From Candidatus Saccharimonadales bacterium (GTDB lineage Bacteria; Patescibacteriota; Saccharimonadia; Saccharimonadales; Saccharimonadaceae): DNA of 64,000 nt. The stretch is from positions 7,192 through 71,191 of the forward strand of contig JBKGVB010000033.1 of assembly GCA_046462475.1 (NCBI GenBank), given 5' to 3'. Position numbers and translations under genes: made by a program. The notes below the pieces were generated by a model. It made no database searches, was not told where the DNA came from, and saw only the letters and a program-made list of their open reading frames with translations. Below are positions 37,757-46,465 of this stretch, in pieces; positions within the stretch are counted from its first letter, which is position 1, and each line of letters opens with the position of its first letter.

Positions 37757-39208
37757 TTAATTTAAGATCATTTTCGTCTGTTGCAGACTAAAGCCCGTGG
37801 CGCTTTTACCAATTGTATAGAGATACTTTCCGTTCGAGCTGTAATCGGCCGCAAATCCAGGCGCTACTGCTACAATGTCGACTTGATTCGTACCATCAAA
37901 CTCATACTGCCGCATATATCCATTTGCATCTGACCAAAAATGAAATTGGTCGAGCCATTTAAGCTGCGAAGAAAGATGCTCTACTCCCACGATCGGAGTA
38001 TCTGACTGCTTCATCAATTCGATATCGAATGTTGTGAGGCCGTCTTTCTGCTGCAGTATCACGAAGCGGCCGCTTGCCTTGAAACCCGAGAACAGTACGC
38101 CCGATGGGGTAGTGATAGTCTTGAGCGGCGTTGCCTCAACTGCTGGAGACTGATCATCACTGGATGGCAACGACTCTATCTGATCGATATACGTTGTCGT
38201 ACCGACCGATGTCGCGATATAGCGCGTCGAAAAATACTCGCCCGATGAGATCTGTACAGTCTTGTCTGTTTCATACGTCCTGAGGGTTCGCGCTCGTGTG
38301 CTTCCAAGCGTCAAATAACCCGATGAAACCTGACCGGCGTGTGGCGTTGTGACATAGAACAATGTATCGTTATCGCTCATCATCGTTGCAACATTCTCAA
38401 GTGGCAACTTTGTAACATTCTGTGACGAAATCACTTCTTGAGCAACTGTGCCATCGCTATACCGAACTAGTAGGGCGCCAGAGCTGCGCGGATCGCTTAC
38501 CACTTCGAGCGGCAGATGATTTTTTGAAGCACCGATCATAATGCTTTGGTCGGGTGAATCTGTATCCACAACAATCCAATCACTCACACCCGCAACCGTT
38601 CGCTCAAGCAAGACATAGCGATTACTTAGCCAATCGCCGAGCTTATACGCTGGGGTGGTCTTTGTCTTTACTTGAGGAAGAAGTGAGCTTGGTACCGTAA
38701 CATCCTCTGTCTTTATGGTGTCGCCGCTAATATTGACGAGAGTAATCGTAGGCGTAGTCTTTGCCTGAAGTAGCGCCATCATATTGCCGCGCGCACTCAT
38801 AGAATCAAGTGTCTTCATATCCAGTACGGAGGTTGTTTTTGGATTATTAGGCACAAATCGCGCCGAATTAAGCCACAAGACTGCACCAGCCTTTACGACT
38901 ACGTTCTTCTTCCAGTCCTGGTAGCCAGCTTTTTGCATCGTCACCAGATAATCGCCAGGTGTTAAGGTAATCTTTGCTCGCGTTTTTTTCGCCAGTATAA
39001 TGTCACCGACCTTTATTGAGGCGCCCGATGGCTGAGAAATAAACTGTACCAGTCCACCTTGCTGGATCGTTCCATTATACCGATTGAATCGGTATCCGAG
39101 CATCAGAAAGATCAATACCGTAGCAATACCTATCACTGCTACAACCATCAATGTGTAGGATACTATTCGACGAATAAGAGCACTTCGAGTTAAGCCTGTT
39201 CCTTGCAT
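37757..39208 (-). CDS. PEGA-domain membrane-anchored protein with a large extracytoplasmic domain
   Basis: N-terminal TM helix, then SQPSGASIKVGD...TLTPGDYLVTMQKAGYQDW (PEGA-like). Confidence 0.7.
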   Translation of the reverse strand: MQGTGLTRSALIRRIVSYTLMVVAVIGIATVLIFLMLGYRFNRYNGTIQQGGLVQFISQPSGASIKVGDIILAKKTRAKITLTPGDYLVTMQKAGYQDWKKNVVVKAGAVLWLNSARFVPNNPKTTSVLDMKTLDSMSARGNMMALLQAKTTPTITLVNISGDTIKTEDVTVPSSLLPQVKTKTTPAYKLGDWLSNRYVLLERTVAGVSDWIVVDTDSPDQSIMIGASKNHLPLEVVSDPRSSGALLVRYSDGTVAQEVISSQNVTKLPLENVATMMSDNDTLFYVTTPHAGQVSSGYLTLGSTRARTLRTYETDKTVQISSGEYFSTRYIATSVGTTTYIDQIESLPSSDDQSPAVEATPLKTITTPSGVLFSGFKASGRFVILQQKDGLTTFDIELMKQSDTPIVGVEHLSSQLKWLDQFHFWSDANGYMRQYEFDGTNQVDIVAVAPGFAADYSSNGKYLYTIGKSATGFSLQQTKMILN

Positions 39209-39298
39209 ACATAATAGTATACAACGTACTCGCCGATATTCTACTTGACTCGACGTGGCGCTAATGATTATTATTGTAGATAAGTTAGGGATATAAGG

Positions 39299-40282
39299 AT
39301 GTCAACACAAAACACAGTCACAATCAACGGAGTTCATTACGATCCAGTAACAGGCATGCGACTTGATGATGCACCTGCTGCTATTAAGCAGCACCCGACA
39401 CATCAAGCGGCAAAACCAGCCAAGACGCTTCATAAGAATACCGATCGCACACGAACTTTGAGTCGTGCGCATGTAAAGGCGCCAGCCAATCATATCGATG
39501 CAATTCGCCGCGGTGCGCCAAAGGCGCCAATCACAAAGAGCCCTATGATTCGTAAGTTTGCTGATGTTGCGCCTGCCTCAAAAGCACAAGCGCTCCACAA
39601 AGCACCACGCGCTGCCGACATCGCTCCAGTTCGTCATCCCATCCAGGCAAAGCCTCACACTGCTCCAGCACCACGAAGGGCAATGGAACCTGTCGCAAAG
39701 GCAGCAGTTGCCGCACCGGCAGCTCCTGCGCCACGCCCTGCGAGAGAAATCAAAAAGCAGGCAATCGAGAAAGCACTTCACAATGCCAAGCCTGCAAAAG
39801 TAAAAAAGCAATCTTTCCTCAAGCGCCATCCGCGTACCATGAGCATCTCCACAGCAGCACTCGCACTCGTCTTGTTAGCTGGTTACCTGACGTATATCAA
39901 TCTTCCAAGCATTTCCGTGCGCGTCGCGGCAGCTCAAGCAGGTATTGCAGCTACATATCCTTCATATCAGCCATCGGGCTACAGCCTTCATGGACCGGTC
40001 GCATACGCCAACGGTCAAGTCAGCATGAAGTTTGCCGCAAACGTCGGTACACAAAACTACAAGGTCACACAGGTAAAAAGCAGCTGGGACTCATCCGCAC
40101 TACTCGACAACTATGTCGACCAAGCATCGAGTGGCGACTACACAACATTTAACAATAGCGGCCTGACTATCTACGTCTACGGCACGAATGCAGCCTGGGT
40201 AAGTGGCGGTATCTTGCATACCATCCAAGGCAATGCGGCACTTACGACTGAGCAAATCCAGCGTATCGCTACAAGCATGTAA
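39299..40282 (+). CDS. Hypothetical protein: Ala/Pro/Lys-rich N-terminal region, one TM helix and a C-terminal globular domain
   Basis: ORF with AGGGATATAAGG upstream of the ATG. The TM helix is ISTAALALVLLAGYLTYI. Confidence 0.6.
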   Translation: MSTQNTVTINGVHYDPVTGMRLDDAPAAIKQHPTHQAAKPAKTLHKNTDRTRTLSRAHVKAPANHIDAIRRGAPKAPITKSPMIRKFADVAPASKAQALHKAPRAADIAPVRHPIQAKPHTAPAPRRAMEPVAKAAVAAPAAPAPRPAREIKKQAIEKALHNAKPAKVKKQSFLKRHPRTMSISTAALALVLLAGYLTYINLPSISVRVAAAQAGIAATYPSYQPSGYSLHGPVAYANGQVSMKFAANVGTQNYKVTQVKSSWDSSALLDNYVDQASSGDYTTFNNSGLTIYVYGTNAAWVSGGILHTIQGNAALTTEQIQRIATSM

Positions 40283-40306
40283 TAGCGCCCACCTCAACCT
40301 CTGTTG

Positions 40307-40315
40307 TGATACAAT
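40307..40315 (+). promoter_or_regulatory. Extended -10 box TGATACAAT, 7 nt before the gltX ATG
   Basis: Identical 9-mer to those at 3217 and 21219. Confidence 0.45.
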
Positions 40316-40322
40316 ATACTAG

Positions 40323-41759
40323 ATGACAGTTCGTACTCGTTTTGCACCAAGCCCAACTGGCTATTTGCATGTTGGTGGTATTCGTACCGCTCTTTTTGCG
40401 TTTCTCGTAGCGCGCCAGCATGATGGTACTTTTGTGCTGCGACTGGAAGATACCGACAAAGTACGTGAAGTACAGGGAAGTGCTGAACATCTCATTGCCA
40501 GCCTAAAATCACTCGGCCTAGAGTACGATGAAGGTCCGGATATCGGTGGCGACTTCGGACCATACAAACAATCCGAGCGCCTTGATATTTATAAAAACTG
40601 GGCACAAAAACTGATCGATCAGGGCAGGGCATATGCCGACCCTTACACCCCAGAAGAAATCCAGACATTCCGCGAACAAGCCCAGGCCGAGAAGCGAGCT
40701 TTTCGCTACCGTGACCACCGGCCAGAAAATCCACCTATCTGGGATGGTACGACGCCACTTCGCTTCAAATCAGAGCCAAAAAGCTACTCATACCATGATG
40801 AAATCTTTGGCGATGTTACGACCAGCCCAGAGGTAGTTGACGATTTTATCCTCATCAAGTCCGATGGCTACCCAACCTATAATTTCGCTCATATCGTGGA
40901 TGACGCTGAGATGCAGATTAGCCATGTCATTCGCGGCCAGGAATTCATCTCAAGCATGCCAAACTACCTGGCACTCTACGAAGCGCTCGGTCTTGAACAT
41001 CCTATTTTTGCTCATATGCCACACATCATGAACGAGCAGGGGAATAAGAAACTCGGCAAGCGCGACGGCGCCAAAGACGTGCTCGACTACATCCGCGATG
41101 GCTACCTGCCAGAAGCACTCGACAGCTTTATCGCAACCCTCGGCTGGAACGACGGCACCGAACAGGAAGTCTTTACGATGAGAGAGCTGATCGACAAATT
41201 CAGTCTCGCACGCGTGCAAAAATCTGGCGCTCGCTTCGACGAAAAACGTTTACTTTGGGTGAATGGTCACTTTATTCGCGAGCTCAGTCTGGACGAACTG
41301 TACGCACGCGTTGAATTTTTCTGGCCTGAATCTGCCAAGAAAGCGCCAGATGAATACAAAAAACAAGTACTCACTCTCGCCCAAGACCGCCTAAAAACAC
41401 TCCGAGATCTGCCAGAGCTTACCAGCTACTTCTTCGAGGAGCCGAAAGCAAATCTTGAATTAGTCGATGGCAACAAACAACTTAAAAAACTCACCAGGGA
41501 AGAGCAGGCGACCTTGCTTCAGACGGCACATGACGAACTCGCCAAACTCGAAAGCTGGACAAGCAACGCAATTCAAGATTCACTCAACACTCTGCTCGAG
41601 ATTACTGGCCAAAAACCGGGCATTCTCTTCAGTCTGATCCGTATTGCCACAACCTGGGCGCCATTTAGCCCGCAGCTCAACGACACCCTCGAACTGGTTG
41701 GCAAAGAAAAAACACTCCGGCGCCTCCAAAGAAGTATTGACGAAATAGCAAAATTATAG
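40323..41759 (+). CDS. gltX: Glutamate--tRNA ligase
   Basis: RTRFAPSPTGYLHVGGIRTALF (HIGH-type motif) and KLGKRDG (KMSKS-type motif). Confidence 0.9.
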   Translation: MTVRTRFAPSPTGYLHVGGIRTALFAFLVARQHDGTFVLRLEDTDKVREVQGSAEHLIASLKSLGLEYDEGPDIGGDFGPYKQSERLDIYKNWAQKLIDQGRAYADPYTPEEIQTFREQAQAEKRAFRYRDHRPENPPIWDGTTPLRFKSEPKSYSYHDEIFGDVTTSPEVVDDFILIKSDGYPTYNFAHIVDDAEMQISHVIRGQEFISSMPNYLALYEALGLEHPIFAHMPHIMNEQGNKKLGKRDGAKDVLDYIRDGYLPEALDSFIATLGWNDGTEQEVFTMRELIDKFSLARVQKSGARFDEKRLLWVNGHFIRELSLDELYARVEFFWPESAKKAPDEYKKQVLTLAQDRLKTLRDLPELTSYFFEEPKANLELVDGNKQLKKLTREEQATLLQTAHDELAKLESWTSNAIQDSLNTLLEITGQKPGILFSLIRIATTWAPFSPQLNDTLELVGKEKTLRRLQRSIDEIAKL

Positions 41760-41813
41760 TACAATAGAAATAGTTTTCACATCTCCCAACCTCTATTGAA
41801 AGAAGGTGAGAAA

Positions 41814-42563
41814 ATGTTCGTTACAATCGAGGAAAGCCCGTGCTCTATCACTATGTGGTGGACGATCGGTAATGCCAGCCAGCGCGAGATACAGGCAATC
41901 AATAATGAGCATCCGGAGATGCTCCATCGGCTTTACGAAACTAGCCCGCAGCTTTATAAGGATTTCAACGAGGATCGACTTCGTATCCTAAATCTCGCAG
42001 GAGGGGGCATCAGCCTCGTCCTTCTTGTTATCCTGTGCGGTCACCATGCCCTTAAACTACCCGTATACATTGGCGCCATCCCGGGAACGATCTGGTTTAT
42101 CATACTCGTGAGCTACGCCACTGGAATGCACGCAGTATCACGGACCAATAAACGCCTAGAAGCAGCGCGCAACTCGCTGAAAGAATCAGGGAAGCTGATC
42201 AGTCAGAATTCTTCTAGCCTAAAGGCGCTCATGGCTGCAGTTCAAGGCAACCGAGAGTTACTGGAACGCCATAAGAATGACGTAGATCATTTCCTCCTCG
42301 ATCCCAACATTCGTCGGGCCGAGGAATTGATTGATGAGAATAACCTCTCACCAGAGAAGATCACTGACCTTCTTAACGGCATCAATGCGAAAGCAGCTAC
42401 GTTCGCCAAGCAGATCCAGGAGCTAGATCACCCGTATCACAAGCTCGAAGCTCAGCGTAGAGTAGACGAGCAGCTATCGACTGAACTTGATCAGGAAGCC
42501 CGGCGGCAAGCCGCCGATCAAGAAGCTGAGCAGCTTACGCATTTACTCGATAATGAACAGTGA
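41814..42563 (+). CDS. Membrane protein with a C-terminal coiled coil
   Basis: ATG at 41814 with GGTGAG 4 nt upstream (the track start at 41796 is TTG). Two TM helices followed by charged heptad-like sequence. Confidence 0.55.
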   Translation: MFVTIEESPCSITMWWTIGNASQREIQAINNEHPEMLHRLYETSPQLYKDFNEDRLRILNLAGGGISLVLLVILCGHHALKLPVYIGAIPGTIWFIILVSYATGMHAVSRTNKRLEAARNSLKESGKLISQNSSSLKALMAAVQGNRELLERHKNDVDHFLLDPNIRRAEELIDENNLSPEKITDLLNGINAKAATFAKQIQELDHPYHKLEAQRRVDEQLSTELDQEARRQAADQEAEQLTHLLDNEQ

Positions 42564-42574
42564 AAACACTCAAG

Positions 42575-42605
42575 CCCCCGGTCCATAGGACCGGGGCGTT
42601 TTCTT
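42575..42605 (+). terminator. Rho-independent terminator
   Basis: CCCCGGTCC-ata-GGACCGGGG followed by CGTTTTCTT. Confidence 0.65.
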
Positions 42606-42711
42606 GCCCATAATGCGAAAGTCAGGCTTTAGGGGGTGGAGTGAGATTTCGAAATCGACACAGAGGAGTAAACCCCTCCTGTAAAATTATGCTACAATAA
42701 CGCTAGCGCTT

Positions 42712-43797
42712 ATGGATGAAACTCAAAAGAAACCATCACGGCTGAACCGAGGGCGAGCCTTCATAGATCGCCATCGCCTCACTGCCTTAATACTCGCTGG
42801 TGCTATCGGCATTGCAGCAATAGCAAACATCGCGCTTGCGCTGCTCGGTCCGGAGCCAGCACCATTTGTACCCGATATTTACGTTAAGCCTCGGCCAAAA
42901 GAATATTTTGCACCACTCACGGGACTAAAAGTTGGCACTGAGGATGATCTGACCAAGCCAGTGTACGCAATCATGATCGAAAATAACCTCGAAGGGCGAC
43001 CACAATCCGGCCTCAAAGATGCAGAAGTTGTCTACGAGGCTATTGCCGAAGGCGGCATCACGCGTTTTATGGCATTTTACCAGCAAAACCGCCCGTCACT
43101 GATTGGCCCCGTGCGCAGTATCCGTCCATATGACATCAACTGGGCAGTGCCATACCAAGCCTCACTCGTACATGTCGGCGGCAGCAAGAAAGCACTTGAT
43201 CAATTAAAGAACAGCAAGTACCGCAATCTTGATCAATTCTTCAATCCTGGTGCTTATTGGCGTACAGCCGATCGCTATCCGCCAGACAATATGTATACAA
43301 ACTATTCACGCCTCTCAAAACTGAATGCTTCAAAAGGCTACAAAACAGCTCATCCAAAAGGATTTGTCCGTGGCGACGACAAGCCAGCCGCTACTCCTTT
43401 AGCGACAAAGATTAATATCCATATTTCATCGTACGACTACGACAGCAGCTATACGTACGACGCCAAGCACAACAACTACGTCCGCTCCATGGGTGGCTCT
43501 CTTCATAAAGATCGCGAAAGGGGTGTCATTTCACCAACTGTCGTCATCGCAATGTATGTCAACGAAAAAACCGTCCTGCAATATGGCACACACCGTGAAG
43601 AACTAGGTGAAACCGGCAACGGCAAGCTAGTCGTCTTCCAGAACGGAGAGGTGATTAAAGGCACTTGGCATCGAGCACCTATCAACGATCAATACAGCTT
43701 TACGGACAGCAGTGGTAAAGAGATCAAACTAGCACGCGGCCAAACATGGCTCACAGCACTACCGAACGGCAGAGGCAGCGCGACATGGACGAAGTAG
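42712..43797 (+). CDS. DUF3048-family (YerB-like) exported protein
   Basis: N-terminal TM helix. VYAIMIENNLEGRPQSGLKDAEVVYEAIAEGGITRFMAFY matches my recollection of the DUF3048 core. Confidence 0.7.
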   Translation: MDETQKKPSRLNRGRAFIDRHRLTALILAGAIGIAAIANIALALLGPEPAPFVPDIYVKPRPKEYFAPLTGLKVGTEDDLTKPVYAIMIENNLEGRPQSGLKDAEVVYEAIAEGGITRFMAFYQQNRPSLIGPVRSIRPYDINWAVPYQASLVHVGGSKKALDQLKNSKYRNLDQFFNPGAYWRTADRYPPDNMYTNYSRLSKLNASKGYKTAHPKGFVRGDDKPAATPLATKINIHISSYDYDSSYTYDAKHNNYVRSMGGSLHKDRERGVISPTVVIAMYVNEKTVLQYGTHREELGETGNGKLVVFQNGEVIKGTWHRAPINDQYSFTDSSGKEIKLARGQTWLTALPNGRGSATWTK

Positions 43798-45380
43798 ACA
43801 AAAAAAGAAAACAAGCAATCCATAGCAAGCAATCGACAAAAAACAATATCGCTCCAACAATCCACGAATATTGGCCAAAATACCGGAGTCGAATGCTTTT
43901 TACACTTGTATCGATGCAGATTATCGGTGTACTCGTCGTCGCTCTCGCACTGCTCATTACTGATATTGCCGACCCTAACGAACTCGGGTTTTGGATTATC
44001 CTTGTCGCGATGCTTCTCACTATGATCGGTATCAATAGCCTCCTGTTTGGCATCATCACCGAGCCTCTCAAGCAACTCACGGCAGCTCTAGCCAAAACAG
44101 AAGGCGAGACCTCACCACTTCTGCCCCCAAATCCAAACACACCACGGTATCAGAAAAGTGGTCTTCGGCCGCTGCTCCTAAAGATTTATGAGCTGAGTGT
44201 CTCGAGCAACGAGGCAGCCGATACGTCCGCCAGTGCCGCGTCTAGTCCCGATACAGCTATTATGGCAGCTCTCGACGAGGCGAATGCGGGTATTGTAATG
44301 TTTGATGCAGCCCACAAGATTATCTATAAAAATGCGGCAGCTCCTATTAAAGAAGACAGCGAAAGCGATAGTCGCTTGCAGCTTGAGTTTTATACCGATC
44401 AATCACTCGATGCCTGGATAAAAGAATGTGAAGTCTCAGCTGTGCATGCACAGAAAACCTGGTCGCGTATCGCTTCAAAGCCAACAGGAGAAGATGACCG
44501 GCATATTTACGATATCGTCGCCACCTACGAAAAGGGAAGTACTATTCCAGTCGTCGTCGTGCTGATGGAAAAGACAAAAGAGTATGCGCCAGAAGATGAG
44601 GATCTCAACTTTATCGCGTTTGCCGCTCATGAGCTACGTGGTCCGATTACAGTGATCCGGGGCTATCTCGATACTCTTGGCGATGAACTCGACAGCACGC
44701 TCTCTGGCGAACAAAAAGAGTTATTGCAGCGCCTGGTCGTATCGGCAAATCGTCTCTCGGGTTATATTAATAACATCCTGAACTCTTCTCGCTATGACCG
44801 TAGGCATCTAAGTGTTCATCTCGTAGAAACAACGCTGAGTAATATCTATGGCATGATCGCTGACGACATGCAGCTACGAGCTTCATCACAGGCACGTATA
44901 CTGTCTGTCGATATTCCTACCAACTTGCCAACTATTGCAGCCGACCCGACAAGCACATCGGAAGTACTCGGCAACCTTATCGACAACGCAATTAAATACT
45001 CAAATGAGGGGGGCACCATACAGGTGAGTGCCGAGCCGCAAGGAAATTTCGTGGAAGTCATCGTAGTCGACCACGGCATTGGTATGCCACCAAACGTCGT
45101 GTCAAATCTCTTTCACAAGTTCTATCGCTCACACCGATCGCGCGAGACGGTCGCCGGTACGGGAATAGGTCTATATATTTCAAAAGCTATTGTAGAAAGT
45201 CACGGAGGCACCATGGAAGTGCGCAGCGTGGAGGGAAGTGGCTCTACATTTAGCTTCACATTGCCGACCTATGCTAGTGTGGCTGACAAGTTGGCAGCAG
45301 CTGGGGGCAACAATCATCCGCTCATCAAGACTCACGGTAGTGCTGGCTGGATTAAAAATCACGGCGAAATCAGAGGATAA
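43785..45380 (+). CDS. Sensor histidine kinase
   Basis: Two TM helices, H-box FAAHELRGPIT, N-box DNAIKYS and G-boxes DHGIGM / GTGIGL. Start is 43746 or 43785. Confidence 0.85.
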   Translation: MDEVDKKRKQAIHSKQSTKNNIAPTIHEYWPKYRSRMLFTLVSMQIIGVLVVALALLITDIADPNELGFWIILVAMLLTMIGINSLLFGIITEPLKQLTAALAKTEGETSPLLPPNPNTPRYQKSGLRPLLLKIYELSVSSNEAADTSASAASSPDTAIMAALDEANAGIVMFDAAHKIIYKNAAAPIKEDSESDSRLQLEFYTDQSLDAWIKECEVSAVHAQKTWSRIASKPTGEDDRHIYDIVATYEKGSTIPVVVVLMEKTKEYAPEDEDLNFIAFAAHELRGPITVIRGYLDTLGDELDSTLSGEQKELLQRLVVSANRLSGYINNILNSSRYDRRHLSVHLVETTLSNIYGMIADDMQLRASSQARILSVDIPTNLPTIAADPTSTSEVLGNLIDNAIKYSNEGGTIQVSAEPQGNFVEVIVVDHGIGMPPNVVSNLFHKFYRSHRSRETVAGTGIGLYISKAIVESHGGTMEVRSVEGSGSTFSFTLPTYASVADKLAAAGGNNHPLIKTHGSAGWIKNHGEIRG

Positions 45381-45394
45381 GGTATAATTCTCTT

Positions 45395-45778
45395 ATGGCT
45401 ATCCATTCAATCCTTGTTATCGAAGACGACCGCTTCATCGGCGAGATGTATGTTCGCGCGCTGCGCAAAGTCGGCTATGAAGTCGACTGGATGGTCGACG
45501 GCAACGACGGTCTTGTCGCCGCACGCAATAAGCCCTACGACGTCATCTTGCTCGATGTCATGCTCCCAGAGCGACGAGGGTCGGAGATTCTCGATGCGCT
45601 GCGTGGCGGAAAAGAAGACTTGATCCCAAATACCAAAGTTGTCGTCCTGACTAATTTTGAGCAAGACGATGAGTCGCGCATGGCAATGGAAAAAAATGCC
45701 GACGGATATTTGATCAAGGCGGAAATAACGCCAAAGAAGTTACTCGAAATTATCGAAGAGCTTGATCAGCCGGCATAA
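45395..45778 (+). CDS. Single-domain (CheY-like) response regulator
   Basis: ILVIEDD...DVILLDVMLP...TNF...KA receiver motifs. 127 aa with no output domain. Confidence 0.85.
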   Translation: MAIHSILVIEDDRFIGEMYVRALRKVGYEVDWMVDGNDGLVAARNKPYDVILLDVMLPERRGSEILDALRGGKEDLIPNTKVVVLTNFEQDDESRMAMEKNADGYLIKAEITPKKLLEIIEELDQPA

Positions 45779-45835
45779 CAAGCGAATTTACATCGTCTAA
45801 CAGATATGCTAGAGTAGAAAAAGTCATCACGCCAC

Positions 45836-45910
45836 GGTCCCTTCGTCTAGTGGTTAGGACACTGGGTTCTCATCCCAGCAACACGGGTTCGACTCCCGTA
45901 GGGATCACCA
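45836..45910 (+). tRNA. tRNA-Glu (anticodon CUC), CCA encoded
   Basis: GGTCCCTTCGTCTAGTGGTTAGGAC..., anticodon arm CTGGG-TTCTCAT-CCCAG, T arm CGGGTTCGACTCCCG, 3' end AGGGATCACCA. Confidence 0.9.
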
Positions 45911-45926
45911 CATTGAATAATAGAAA

Positions 45927-45960
45927 ATAGACTTACCTCGAACGGTAAGTCTATTTTTAT
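45927..45960. terminator. Bidirectional rho-independent terminator (tRNA-Glu and the SMR gene)
   Basis: ATAGACTTACC-tcgaac-GGTAAGTCTAT with an A-run upstream and a T-run downstream. Confidence 0.7.
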
Positions 45961-45981
45961 AATATTTGCACCCTTATGAGC

Positions 45982-46299
45982 TTAGCGATGGAGCGCCTTT
46001 AGCCCAATGATCCCTACAACTATCATCATCAGAAATAGGATCTTAAGTAATGAAACCGGCTCAACGCCCGTAATCATTGCGTACAAGATCGTTAGCGTTG
46101 CTCCGATACCTACCCAAATAGCATAAGACGTTCCGACAGGTAAAGTACGCATTGCATACGCTAGGCCGATCATGCTCAATACTATTGCTATGAAGAAAAT
46201 TAATGTCGGCGTTAGTTTTGTAAGTCCCGCTGATTTTCCGAGAGCTGTCGCCCAGACTGCTTCAAGTACGCCTGAGAGTATTAAGATAACCCATGCCAT
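45982..46299 (-). CDS. sugE: SMR-family small multidrug-resistance/guanidinium exporter (SugE/Gdx-like)
   Basis: MAWVILILSGVLEAVWATALGKS and four TM helices in about 105 aa. The ATG at 46299 is preferred, with GAAAGG 7 nt upstream. Confidence 0.8.
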   Translation of the reverse strand: MAWVILILSGVLEAVWATALGKSAGLTKLTPTLIFFIAIVLSMIGLAYAMRTLPVGTSYAIWVGIGATLTILYAMITGVEPVSLLKILFLMMIVVGIIGLKALHR

Positions 46300-46314
46300 A
46301 TATAAACCTTTCAT

Positions 46315-46358
46315 GGGACGTCTTTTCGATTTGCCTGGTACGTCCGCACTCGTCAGGG
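46315..46358 (-). promoter_or_regulatory. Guanidine-III (ykkC-III)-like pseudoknot riboswitch candidate
   Basis: Minus-strand RNA: CCCUGACGAGUGCGGACGUACCAGGCAAAUCGAAAAGACGUCCC.
- P1: CCUG/CAGG.
- Loop: ACGAG.
- P2: GGACGU pairs with 3' ACGUCC.
- Location: immediately 5' of the SD and start of an SMR gene. Confidence 0.6.
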
Positions 46359-46448
46359 ATTTATACTCTTCATGTATGATTATCGCATATTTCGCAGGCC
46401 GCTACGCTTCATGTGTCTACCGATGCACTTTCTTCGTCCCTTTACATC

Positions 46449-46457
46449 TGTTATAAT
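46449..46457 (+). promoter_or_regulatory. Extended -10 box TGTTATAAT (within CATCTGTTATAAT), 8 nt before the pyk ATG
   Basis: The identical 13-mer occurs at 56076-56088. Confidence 0.5.
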
Positions 46458-46465
46458 ATGTTGTA

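Noticed and set aside
46315-46465. Guanidine-I (ykkC) or guanidine-II (mini-ykkC) riboswitch upstream of the SMR gene
   Set aside because: There are no GGGA/ACGR-capped tandem hairpins with GC closing pairs (the candidate loops read ACGU). The long ykkC elements (CUAGGGUUCCG, GGUCCGAGAG) are also absent. The guanidine-III-like pseudoknot explains the ACGAG element better.
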